From Corallococcus exiguus (lineage in GTDB: Bacteria; Myxococcota; Myxococcia; Myxococcales; Myxococcaceae): DNA of 64,000 bases. Positions 38,601 through 46,293 of this stretch are shown one piece after another. The stretch lies in assembly GCF_051058965.1 (NCBI RefSeq), contig NZ_CP183924.1; one strand, written 5' to 3'. The notes beneath the pieces are model-generated. The model saw only the letters and a list, made by a program, of their open reading frames with translations, was not told where the DNA came from and did no database searches. Position numbers and translations under genes: made by a program. Each line of letters begins with the position of its first letter. Position 1 is the stretch's first letter.

Positions 38601-39237
38601 AACGCGAGACGCCCTTGAGCTTCGCGTCCTCCACGAACTCCGTGGCGAAGCCGCCCTGCTGCGAGCGCGCCTGGGTGTTGGCGCACAGGTGCACGCCGTC
38701 CTGGTGTCCGCCGTGCGTCATCAGGCGCGCGGCCATGTTCACGACCTCGCCCAGCGCCGAGTAGCCCTTGCGCGTGGGCGAGCCCATGTCCCCGCAGTAG
38801 GCGTGGCCGGTGGCGATGCCGATCTGCAGCTCATCCAGGAAGGGGAACTGCGCCCGGGCCTTGAGCAGCTTGCAGGCCAGCCGGCACGCCAGCACCTCCT
38901 TGTTCTGCTGGGCGGTGGGCGCGCCGAACAGGACGTAGAGCACGTTGCCCTTGTCCGTGAAGTCCGTCATCAGCAACACGCCGCCGTGGTGGGCGGACTC
39001 GCGCTGGACGTATTCGTAGTAGGCGTTGAGGTCGTGGGTGAACGCGTCCGGATCCGTGTCCGCCCGCGCGTGGGTGAAGCGCACGAAGAAGCAGGTGACG
39101 TCGCGGAAGTCGCCCGCGAACTCCTGGTGCGCGGTGGTGATCTTCGTGAAGAGCACCGGGTGCAGGAGCAGCGCGCACCGGCCCACCAGCTCCGCCCCAC
39201 CCGTGGGCGCGGGCAGCGGGCGCTTCACCGACTCCAC
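35620..39237 (-). CDS. adenylate/guanylate cyclase (CHD) domain - P-loop NTPase - TPR signalling protein (downstream portion of a frame-disrupted two-CHD gene)
   Basis: A CHD domain (FAGDFRDVTCFFVRFT...HGGVLLMTDFTDKGNVLYVLFGAP...GEVVNMAARL), a Walker A motif GEAGIGKSRL, and a long TPR/helical C-terminus. The ORF opens with GTG at 39237. Confidence 0.7.
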   Translation of the reverse strand: MESVKRPLPAPTGGAELVGRCALLLHPVLFTKITTAHQEFAGDFRDVTCFFVRFTHARADTDPDAFTHDLNAYYEYVQRESAHHGGVLLMTDFTDKGNVLYVLFGAPTAQQNKEVLACRLACKLLKARAQFPFLDELQIGIATGHAYCGDMGSPTRKGYSALGEVVNMAARLMTHGGHQDGVHLCANTQARSQQGGFATEFVEDAKLKGVSRSVPVYRLLGETRRSLFIKGRGDIIGRSRELNVLHASLNAAFAGQGRVSVVSGEAGIGKSRLGARVLEDAEEGGARALYGVCYSYEAFTPFFPWKEVLLQAFGLHDSDDTEAQLTRLRQGLDGLEDVGPEWIPVVAGILGMSLEETSATAGMDARRKQQKVFQIVFQLLEKLSRAQPLLLFFEDLHWADYISLDLLQYLAVRVGSHRIMVLATMRPGDQLRGLRDLPEFVPVDLTSLDEEDTRALLRLHLRLSPPDVALEDRLLAKVQGNPFFIESIVEGLAEQGYLGPVEPGSQRMELKRGLQDLLLPDSIQDVVLSRIDLLSETEKLVVKVASVIGRIFTLDAVAALVPTLGHGVLREAMDTLQRLGLILLETEEPYTCLFKHIVIRDVAYNTLLVSAREDLHRRLARYLEARANDNLAASAGLLAFHFLAGNVEDKGLAYTLMAARSARAQYANDDALYHYNRGLELLGTVVPVDPEVTLLQTRRVMQELAETLLQAGHYANAILMFEQCLVDEEEPPRQAELHLGLGRAHQEKGESALATQHLEKSLVLRGRSLPGSLAALGLRTLANLVLRGLATLLPFILRPLPAARLGNYLQQLSTLNSLIRIYYFADITKLTWATLVSTNMAERSRNDYAMSMARGYYGTLLFGAGLLKRSRYHCEKALEYARRSKDPVAEGLALSRLGIQAFFANELERAREFQEEAVSTLRQVGERWERQTSLMMQATGEFLHSRFRTAVALYEQMGTIGVELNALMHQGWAHSWAPMCRYLLGEGDVGELCAELEQGLRISEEVADLANQCASLNHLANVTVREHQVEEAALVAVRCFESIWSYQVLVPFLQVGLVDAAEAALFALEEGATVVPRKKLLKVVRLSCLKARVIARLYPYLKGPALRVTARSLALRKGPKAAEPVFLEAIAVLEKSPNRWETGVAYFDAAVALPNRREDFLARARAIFTEVEARAELRRMDRFQATHPPGPAGGGARCSPGLKVP

Positions 39238-39337
39238 CGGCGCGTCGAGCGCCAGCCGGTGGTTGCCGCCCTCGCGTGGATCGCCCCTGCGCGCGGACTC
39301 CGGCAGCGCCGCCCAGGCGCGCGGGCTGAGGACGATC

Positions 39338-39907
39338 CGACACCGTGGCCTGCTTCTCCGCGCCCACCGCCTGCGCCAGCGGCTCTCCCACGAGCGCCGG
39401 GTGCATCCACAGGCCGGTGGTGCCCATCACGATGCGGGTGGCCTCACCAAAGCCGATGCCGATGCGCGACGACACGCCGAAGCGCTGGCCCAACAGCTCC
39501 AGCCGGGCGAAGCGCGCGAGCCTGCGCTGCACGCCCAGCGCGCACACCGCCGCTCGCTGCACGACGTCCGCGTCCGCTTCCTCGGGCGCGGACTCGAAGC
39601 ACGCGAGGATGGAGTCGCCGGCGAACTGGTAGATGTCCCCGCCGTGGTCGCGGACGACGTCGATCATCTCCGTGTAGTAGTTCGTCAGCAGGCGCTGGAG
39701 CGCGTCGATGCCGCGAGGGCCCGCGCCGCTCAGCCCCACCACGATGGGCGTGAAGCCCGCGATGTCCAGCAGCAGGATGGCGCCCCGCACGCCCTCCACC
39801 CGGGGCAGCGCGTCCGCATCCTGGCTCCCAAGCCGCGCGAGGATGGCCGCCGGCATGTACGGGGCCAGCATCGCGACAGCGGGATCAATGGGCTGCGTGG
39901 AGGGCAT
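39338..39907 (-). CDS. N-terminal CHD (class III cyclase) segment, frame-disrupted relative to the downstream ORF
   Basis: ILLLDIAGFTP...HGGDIYQFAGDSILACF...IGIGFGEATRIVMG is a complete cyclase homology domain. The track ORF continues to 38831, but past about 39335 its GC3 drops and the residues become Gly/Ala/Arg junk. The +1 frame, that of the downstream ORF, becomes coding there. Confidence 0.55.
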
Positions 39908-39925
39908 CCTTAAGGGGCTTTCCGC

Positions 39926-40327
39926 TCAGGACAGGTTGGCGAAGCGCAGGTACAGGGCGCCCAGGCACATGGCGCCGTAGAGGGGGATTTCCGCCGTCTC
40001 CGGCCAGGGCTGCTGCTTGCGCACCGCGCCCCAGACGTGCACCGCCGTCATCAGTCCACCGATGAGGCCGATGAGCTCGAAGATGACCAGGTGGCTCTTG
40101 GGGTCCGGGATGAACTGCACCACCGCGATGATGACGGACAGCGCCAGGCCGCCCAGGCAACGCGCGAAGTAGACCGTCAAGTCGTTGTTGCCCGTGGGCA
40201 GCTCCCACCCGAACCAACGCGCCCAACGCAGCGGGATGAACAGCAACGGCAACGCGTAGACGACCAGGAAGACCGAGGTGGAGACCGCGAGGAACCAGCT
40301 GGCCAACGGATAGTCGGGGTTGATCAT
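39926..40327 (-). CDS. small integral membrane protein (4 TM), unknown function
   Basis: 133 aa from MINPDYPLASWFLAVSTSVFLVVYALPLLF. The track ORF extends to 40372. Confidence 0.5.
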   Translation of the reverse strand: MINPDYPLASWFLAVSTSVFLVVYALPLLFIPLRWARWFGWELPTGNNDLTVYFARCLGGLALSVIIAVVQFIPDPKSHLVIFELIGLIGGLMTAVHVWGAVRKQQPWPETAEIPLYGAMCLGALYLRFANLS

Positions 40328-40461
40328 GATGGCGGACGTGATGGGTGACGGACGTGCACGCGCGGTGCACACCCCTCCCCACGACGTCCATCCTAGAATC
40401 TTTTGCCACCCCGTGGGGCGGCTTCCCCTTCACCAAGGCCCTGCTTGAGCCCGCCTGCCGC

Positions 40462-40992
40462 CTAGCGGGTGGCGGCCAGGAGGAACTCGGCCACCCGCTC
40501 CAGGGAGGTGGTGCGCTCGGCCTCCACCGGGAAGCGCCGGAACAGCTCCGGTGGCCCGTGCAGGATGAGCGGCTTGCCATAGCGCAAGGCCAGGACGGCC
40601 TCCGCCGCGGTGCCGGCGCCCCCGGGCAGCGCGACCAGGGCATGCGGCGTCAGCACGTTGATGTGGTTGCGGCTCATGGGGTCCGTGCCCTGCTCCCCGC
40701 TGAGCGGCAGGTGGGTGTAGATGGGGATTTCGATGTCCGTGTTCGGGTAGCCGGCCCGGGGCTGGTAACGGCCGTCCGCGCCCACGGTGCCGGGGATGAT
40801 GCCGATGGCCGCCCCCCGCCGCCCCTCCACCTGGACGAAGGCCCCCGCCGCCACGCTCATGACGCCGCCACCCGCGCCGGTGAGCAGGTCGAACCCGGCC
40901 TCCGCAATCCACCGCGCCAGGGGGACGACCCACTCGTCGTGGGAGTGCGCCCCGGAGCCGAACACTCCGATGATGCGGCGGTGTCTGCGCAT
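40462..40992 (-). CDS. TIGR00725-family / LOG-like (SLOG superfamily) Rossmann-fold protein
   Basis: IGVFGSGA...PGG...GTAAE is the LOG/SLOG pattern. 176 aa. Confidence 0.7.
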   Translation of the reverse strand: MRRHRRIIGVFGSGAHSHDEWVVPLARWIAEAGFDLLTGAGGGVMSVAAGAFVQVEGRRGAAIGIIPGTVGADGRYQPRAGYPNTDIEIPIYTHLPLSGEQGTDPMSRNHINVLTPHALVALPGGAGTAAEAVLALRYGKPLILHGPPELFRRFPVEAERTTSLERVAEFLLAATR

Positions 40993-41234
40993 GACTGCGT
41001 CCTCCCCGAAAAACTGGAACTACGTGAGCCCCTGTTCCATGCGAATCCCCGGCCAACGCCGCAAGGGCTCACGGACCGGCGTGCGTCCTGATTCCCGTCC
41101 ACCCGTGGAAGGTGCGTGGCGCGAGCGTCGGCCAGCCGTCGCTTCCCTCCTCCCGGAGCGCCAGACGTTCCCGCACGACCCGTGATGTCGGACCCCTCCT
41201 CTACCTTCCTCGCAGGTGAGCAAGGAGGCTGCCC

Positions 41235-41540
41235 ATGTTCGACGCCTGTGGAGGTTGTGAGCGCCGTGGCACCGCCGGAGAGGTGTTCGACTGGTGCGCG
41301 CACTGCGAATTGTCCCTGTGTCCCGAGTGCCTCGTGCGCGGCTGCTGCGGCAGCGCACCCGCGGACTCCGGGCGGGGCGCCCCCAAGGAGCTGCCCGACC
41401 CGCCACCTCCCGAGCGCGAAGTCCTCCCGGAGGACTTCGGGGGCCGGTGCTGCACGCATGCCCGCGCGGTGGCCTGCTCCTGCGCCTTCCACTGGGTCTG
41501 CACGCGCCACGGCGACCTGCACGTGGGCACCCACGACTGA
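41235..41540 (+). CDS. small cysteine-rich protein (13 Cys in 101 aa; putative zinc-ribbon / treble-clef metal-binding protein)
   Basis: A strong SD, AAGGAGG, lies 7 nt upstream of the ATG. GC3 is very high. The cysteine pattern is CGGC...CAHCELSLCPECLVRGCC...CC...CSC...C. Confidence 0.6.
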   Translation: MFDACGGCERRGTAGEVFDWCAHCELSLCPECLVRGCCGSAPADSGRGAPKELPDPPPPEREVLPEDFGGRCCTHARAVACSCAFHWVCTRHGDLHVGTHD

Positions 41541-41627
41541 GGGCGTTGACACACGGGCGGCCTGTCCACGAGGTTTCCGCCTTCTTTCAGGCATTCCCGC
41601 CCGGACACAGCACGGAGCACGAACACC

Positions 41628-42020
41628 ATGGGTCTCGCCGAACGGTCGGAGATGGCCGCGTTCAAGAACGACACCTTCGCCTCGAAGGTGGCGGAGCTGA
41701 AGGGGGCCGCGGCGGGCGCGGACATCCAGGTGACGCTGGACGAGGCGAGCTTCACCACCGTGGCCGCCATCCAGATGCTCTCCAACGGCGTCTTCGACCG
41801 GCTCATCGACGACATGAAGTCCGTCTGTAGCGACGCCATCGGAAAGCAGGCCGTCCGGGAAGGCATCCAGACGTTGCACATCGTCCACACGGACGCGCCG
41901 GGATTCACGCTGGACCTGACGGACGGCACGCTCACCCTGCGCGCGAAGGTGGACGGCTCGCTCGGCGAGGACCTGCCGGGCTACGGCACGTACCGGGCCT
42001 TCCTGCTGAAGAAGCTGTAG
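41628..42020 (+). CDS. hypothetical protein
   Basis: 130 aa. GC3 is high and GGAG lies upstream. I recognise no motif. Confidence 0.5.
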   Translation: MGLAERSEMAAFKNDTFASKVAELKGAAAGADIQVTLDEASFTTVAAIQMLSNGVFDRLIDDMKSVCSDAIGKQAVREGIQTLHIVHTDAPGFTLDLTDGTLTLRAKVDGSLGEDLPGYGTYRAFLLKKL

Positions 42021-42093
42021 GCCCCGCACGGCCTCACCGACCGGAGGGCCGCTTTGTCAGCGGTGTCCTCCGGCACGGGACATTCCGTCCGGC

Positions 42094-45000
42094 TCAGGGC
42101 ACGTCCAGCACGACGCCCTGCCCCGGAACGGCCATCACCCAGCGGACGACGTCGGGCTTGCCGCCGCAGGTGACGCGCACCTCGAACTCGCGCCCCGCGG
42201 GCATCTGGTTGGACAGGGGCGTCTGGCCCTCCAGCACCTGCGAGCCCAGCGCCACGCGGCAGCCCTGGGCACCGGTGATGCTGAGCATGCCCCGGGCCTC
42301 CGCCTGGGGCGGGGCGTCCGCGAGCGTGCGCAGGTCGATGTGCTCCGACCTCGGCACCTTGCCGAAGCGGTGCAGCTTGCCGTCCACGGCCGTGGAGATG
42401 AGCCAGCCGGCGTTGCCTTCGGGCAGGCCCTGGCTCGCATCCAGCAGGACGCCGGACACGTAGACGCGCTCACCCTCCTGGGCGTTGCGCACCTCCACGC
42501 CGCCCTTGGGCAGCAGGAACACCAGCGCGAGCCCCGCGAGCACCAGGCCCACACCGCCCACGATGAGCCCCTTGCGCTGACCGGGCGTCAGTCCCTTCCC
42601 CGTCGCTTCGGCGCCGGGCACCGGAGCCGTGGGGGAGACCGCGTGGACGGGGGCCGGCGGCGCGGCCACGGGAGCCGCCGGAGGCCGCGCGGGCGGGGCC
42701 ACGGGGGCGGACACCGGCGGAGCATGCGGGGCAGCCACGTGCGGCGGCGGCGCGGCCACGGGGTGGTGTCCCCCATAGGCCGCGTGGGAGCCGGTCGGCG
42801 GCGGCGCATGGTGCCCCAGCGGCGGCGGCGGGGCGCTTCCCTGCTGCGCGTGGGCGGCCCCGTATTGCGCGTGGGTGCCCCCATGCGACGGGGGCGCTGC
42901 CACGGGGTGCGGCTGCGGAGCCGCGGTCAGCGGGGCGACAGAGGGCACCGCCACCGACGGACGCGCGGGCGCCTGCGGCGGAGGCCCCACGCGCGTGGGC
43001 ACGTTGGCGGACGCCGCGGGGCGCACCGCGGTGGGCGGCGGCATCGGCGACGTGGGCGGAGGCGCGGCCGGGCGCGACGGACGGGGCGCGGCGGCCACGG
43101 GCGGTGCAACCGGAGGCGCGGAGGCCATGGGCGGCCCGTTGACGGAAACGACCTCGGTGCCCCGCTCGGCGGGCTCCGGCGGGGAAGCCACCGGGGGCGG
43201 CTCCATCCGGGGCATGCTGCCGGAACCGCCGCGCACGGGCGGACGGGACAGGTCCGACGGGGCCCGCATGTCGCTGCCCGAGCCCGTGCTCACGTTGCGC
43301 GAGTGCGAGCCCGTGCCCGGCATCAGCGCCCGGGGGTTGGAGCCCGTCCCCGGGCCGGCGATGGACGACGGCGCGTACTCGGAGAGCCGGTCGCCCAGCG
43401 TCTCCTTGAAGAACTGCGCCACCGACGCGGGCGACGAGGACAGCCGGTGGTGCGTGATGACGGCTTCAATCTCCTCGCGCATCGCCGCCGCGGAGGGCGT
43501 GCGCCGCGCCGGGTCCTTCACCAGCGCGCGCAGGATGAGGTCCGACACGTCCTGCGGGATGTGGGGCCGCAGCTGCGAGGGCACCGGCGCGGGCTCGCGC
43601 ACGATGGCCGCGAGCGTGGCCGCGTCATGGTCCCGGCGGAACGGCAGCTGGCCGGTGAGCAGTTCGAAGAGCACCACGCCCAGCGCGAACACGTCGTTGC
43701 GCCAGTCCAGCGGGCGGCCGCTGGCGGCCTCCGGGGAGAGGTACGAAATCTTCCCCTTGATGACGCCCGCCTGCGTGTGCTCCTCGCCCTGCACCTTGGC
43801 GATGCCGAAGTCCGACAGCTTGATGGCGCCGTCCAGCGACACCAGCACGTTGTGGGGGCTGACGTCGCGGTGCACCACCGGGTGCGCCGTGCCGGAAGGG
43901 TCCACGTAGCTGTGCGCGTAGTGCAGGCCCGCGGCGACCTCCGCCACGATGCGCAGCGCGTGCTCCAGCGGCAGCGCCATGCCCTTGCGGCGCAGCTCCG
44001 TGAGCAGGCGCTTCAGGTCCGGGCCGCGCACGTACTCCATCAGGATGTACGCCACGCCGTCCGTCACGCCCACGTCGAAGGTCTGCACGACGTTGGGGTG
44101 CGTGAGGCGCGCGTTGGCGCGGGCCTCCGCGAAGAGCATGTCGACGAACTCAGGATTCTCAGCGAACTGCGCGAGAATCTTCTTCATCACCACGAACTTC
44201 TCGAAGCCCTTCACGCCCTGCTGCTTGGCGAGAAACACTTCCGCCATGCCGCCCTGCCCCAGCCGGCGGATGATCTGCAGCCGCGCGCCGCTGGTGTGCG
44301 TGTCCGTGGCTGACGAGCCCCGGGCGCCGGGGTCCGTGTTGGTGGAGCCGAAGAGGTACTGACTGAGCGCGCGCTGCTCCAGCGCCTCGATGTCCTCCAG
44401 CGGCTTGTCGGTGAGCGGCGTGCGCGCGAGCAGCCCCTGGAACTGCGCGAGCGCCGGAGCCCGGGAGCTGCCGCCGCAGACGGGGCACACGCGCTCCATG
44501 GTGCCCTTGGCGCGCAGCACCTCCAGGTACTCGGAGGTCTGGATGCGCTGGTGGGTGACCTGGCCGCAGTTGCGGCAGTCACACGGCAGCCACAGCGTGG
44601 CCAGCTTCGCGGGCAGCGTCTTGGTGGACTTCGCCAGCACGGCCAGCAGCGGCGGCGGCACGCGGCAGAGCACCACCTGGGCGCCCTGCGCGGCCACCTC
44701 CAGCACCTGTTCGATGCGCGGCAGCGCTTCCTGCTCCACCACGCTCACGTGGCAGCAGTCGAACGCGACGCGCCCCTCCAGGCCGGACGCCAGCCGGCGC
44801 ACGTTGAGGTCGCCCTTGAGCGTACTGGCCAGGGTGATGAAGGTGATGTCGTCCTGGACGATCTTCAGGTGCGACGAGAGCTCGGACGGCTCCGACGGGA
44901 TGCCGGAGCGCAGGTAGCGCAGCACCGCGGGATCCACCGCGGAGAACTGCTGGCGGCGCGCGAAGTCGAAGAACTCCGTGGGCTCGTCCGCGAACTCCAG

Positions 45001-45438
45001 CGGCTGGGAGCACACCGGGCACTGGTGCGGCGGGGCCCCGCCCTGCTCCAGCACCTTCGCCTCCTCCACCAGGCGGACCAGCCGCAGCCGGTCCTCCTTG
45101 CAGAAGCGGCACGTGTACGGCGCCAACAGCGAGAGCACGCGCGCGACGCCCGCGAAGCCCTCCACCATGTTGAGCTGATCCACCACCACCGGCGGCGCGT
45201 TGACGACGTACAGCCCCGACACGCCCTGCGGCGGGTGGCCGGCGAACTCGATCCACCGGCGCACGCCGAAGGAGCTGATCCGCTCCACCAGGCCCAGGTC
45301 CACCACCACCAGGCCCTGGATGCCCTTGGAGGCTGGCGTGAGGGGGAAGGTTTCGTCGATCACCCCGGCCACGCGCACGTGGGTCAGACTGCCCACGCGC
45401 AGGGAGGTGATGCTGGCATTGGAAGTTTGGCTCTCCAC
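42094..45438 (-). CDS. membrane Ser/Thr protein kinase with two N-terminal STAS (anti-sigma-antagonist-like) domains, each followed by a CxxC...CxxC zinc ribbon, and a C-terminal periplasmic domain
   Basis: Hanks motifs: GQGGMAEVFLAK, VVMKKI, HRDVSPHNVLV, DFG and SYLSPE. STAS1 is SLTHVRVAGVIDETF...VVDLGLVERISSFGV, followed by CRFC...CPVC. STAS2 is followed by CDCRNCG...CPVCG. After the kinase come a Pro/Ala-rich linker, a TM helix (LIVGGVGLVLAGLALVFLL) and a periplasmic domain of about 170 aa. The preferred start is GTG at 45438, with GAGGG upstream. The track ORF runs to 45519. Confidence 0.8.
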   Translation of the reverse strand: MESQTSNASITSLRVGSLTHVRVAGVIDETFPLTPASKGIQGLVVVDLGLVERISSFGVRRWIEFAGHPPQGVSGLYVVNAPPVVVDQLNMVEGFAGVARVLSLLAPYTCRFCKEDRLRLVRLVEEAKVLEQGGAPPHQCPVCSQPLEFADEPTEFFDFARRQQFSAVDPAVLRYLRSGIPSEPSELSSHLKIVQDDITFITLASTLKGDLNVRRLASGLEGRVAFDCCHVSVVEQEALPRIEQVLEVAAQGAQVVLCRVPPPLLAVLAKSTKTLPAKLATLWLPCDCRNCGQVTHQRIQTSEYLEVLRAKGTMERVCPVCGGSSRAPALAQFQGLLARTPLTDKPLEDIEALEQRALSQYLFGSTNTDPGARGSSATDTHTSGARLQIIRRLGQGGMAEVFLAKQQGVKGFEKFVVMKKILAQFAENPEFVDMLFAEARANARLTHPNVVQTFDVGVTDGVAYILMEYVRGPDLKRLLTELRRKGMALPLEHALRIVAEVAAGLHYAHSYVDPSGTAHPVVHRDVSPHNVLVSLDGAIKLSDFGIAKVQGEEHTQAGVIKGKISYLSPEAASGRPLDWRNDVFALGVVLFELLTGQLPFRRDHDAATLAAIVREPAPVPSQLRPHIPQDVSDLILRALVKDPARRTPSAAAMREEIEAVITHHRLSSSPASVAQFFKETLGDRLSEYAPSSIAGPGTGSNPRALMPGTGSHSRNVSTGSGSDMRAPSDLSRPPVRGGSGSMPRMEPPPVASPPEPAERGTEVVSVNGPPMASAPPVAPPVAAAPRPSRPAAPPPTSPMPPPTAVRPAASANVPTRVGPPPQAPARPSVAVPSVAPLTAAPQPHPVAAPPSHGGTHAQYGAAHAQQGSAPPPPLGHHAPPPTGSHAAYGGHHPVAAPPPHVAAPHAPPVSAPVAPPARPPAAPVAAPPAPVHAVSPTAPVPGAEATGKGLTPGQRKGLIVGGVGLVLAGLALVFLLPKGGVEVRNAQEGERVYVSGVLLDASQGLPEGNAGWLISTAVDGKLHRFGKVPRSEHIDLRTLADAPPQAEARGMLSITGAQGCRVALGSQVLEGQTPLSNQMPAGREFEVRVTCGGKPDVVRWVMAVPGQGVVLDVP

Positions 45439-45442
45439 CCGC

Positions 45443-46285
45443 CTACCCTCGTTCCAGACTGAACAGCAGCGACTTGGGCTGCGCGGCCCGGCGGCGACCG
45501 TCGCCCAGGTCCACTCCACAGGCGAACTGTGTGCGCTTTCCCGGAGTCACCCGCACCGCCACTGCGTCGCTGTGCTCCAGGATGCGCCGCAGACCCAGGC
45601 CCGCGCCACCACCCGAAGCATCTACCTGCGCCTTCTCACCCCAGGCCTTCACCACCCGCACCAACGGTGACACCGACAGGCGGCCGAAGCGGTCCGTCGC
45701 CTCCAGCCACGCCCTGCCGTCCGCCACCGCCCACGACACCAGGCAGCGGTCTTCATCCGCCACCGCCTGCACCTGGCCGCGCCGGTGGGCGTACTTCGGC
45801 TCGCCGCTTCCGTCCACTGGCGCGTCGAGCAGCGCGTTCACGCCAATCTCATGGACGACATCCGCCACCCGGCTGGCCGCGCCCTTGGAGCCGCCAGCCT
45901 GGAGGACGGCCTCGGCCGCGCGCTCGCCCACGGCCGTCACCTCCGCCACGCTGCCCAGCCACGCCACGGACGTGGCTGCCTCCTTGGGGATCATGGGCTC
46001 GCCGCGCAACAGCGCGCTCAACAGCCGCGCCTCCCAGGCGGACGGCTGGCCGCCCTCACGGGTGGCCAGCAGCAGCGCCGGGGGACGGCGTTCCAGGAGC
46101 GCGGCGTGGGCGGGAGTGAACCGCCCGTCGAACAGCACCAGCTGCGGCGCCGCGTCGTCACCGCGCCCCAACAACAGGCCGTCCCGGGCCAGCACTCCGG
46201 AGGCCTTCTCCAGCGCCTCCGGCGTGAGCGTCGTGTCCGGCGTCAACTTCAGGGGAGCATCCTTCACGGCGGCGACGGTATCCAA
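45443..46285 (-). CDS. GHKL-ATPase (HATPase_c) protein, RsbW/SpoIIAB-like anti-sigma-factor kinase candidate
   Basis: An N-box-like HEIGVNAL and a G2-box GGGAGLGL. It lies 4 nt upstream of the STAS-kinase gene and 8 nt downstream of the TonB-dependent receptor gene. Confidence 0.55.
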   Translation of the reverse strand: MDTVAAVKDAPLKLTPDTTLTPEALEKASGVLARDGLLLGRGDDAAPQLVLFDGRFTPAHAALLERRPPALLLATREGGQPSAWEARLLSALLRGEPMIPKEAATSVAWLGSVAEVTAVGERAAEAVLQAGGSKGAASRVADVVHEIGVNALLDAPVDGSGEPKYAHRRGQVQAVADEDRCLVSWAVADGRAWLEATDRFGRLSVSPLVRVVKAWGEKAQVDASGGGAGLGLRRILEHSDAVAVRVTPGKRTQFACGVDLGDGRRRAAQPKSLLFSLERG

Positions 46286-46293
46286 ACAGCGCC

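Noticed and set aside
37400-39753. Several 400-630-aa ORFs (37400..38686 -, 37858..39753 +, 38831..39907 tail) overlapping the CHD-NTPase-TPR gene
   Set aside because: These are off-frame or antisense ORFs with a biased composition of Arg, Gly, Ala and Pro. Only the first 190 aa or so of 38831..39907 are credible (a cyclase domain).
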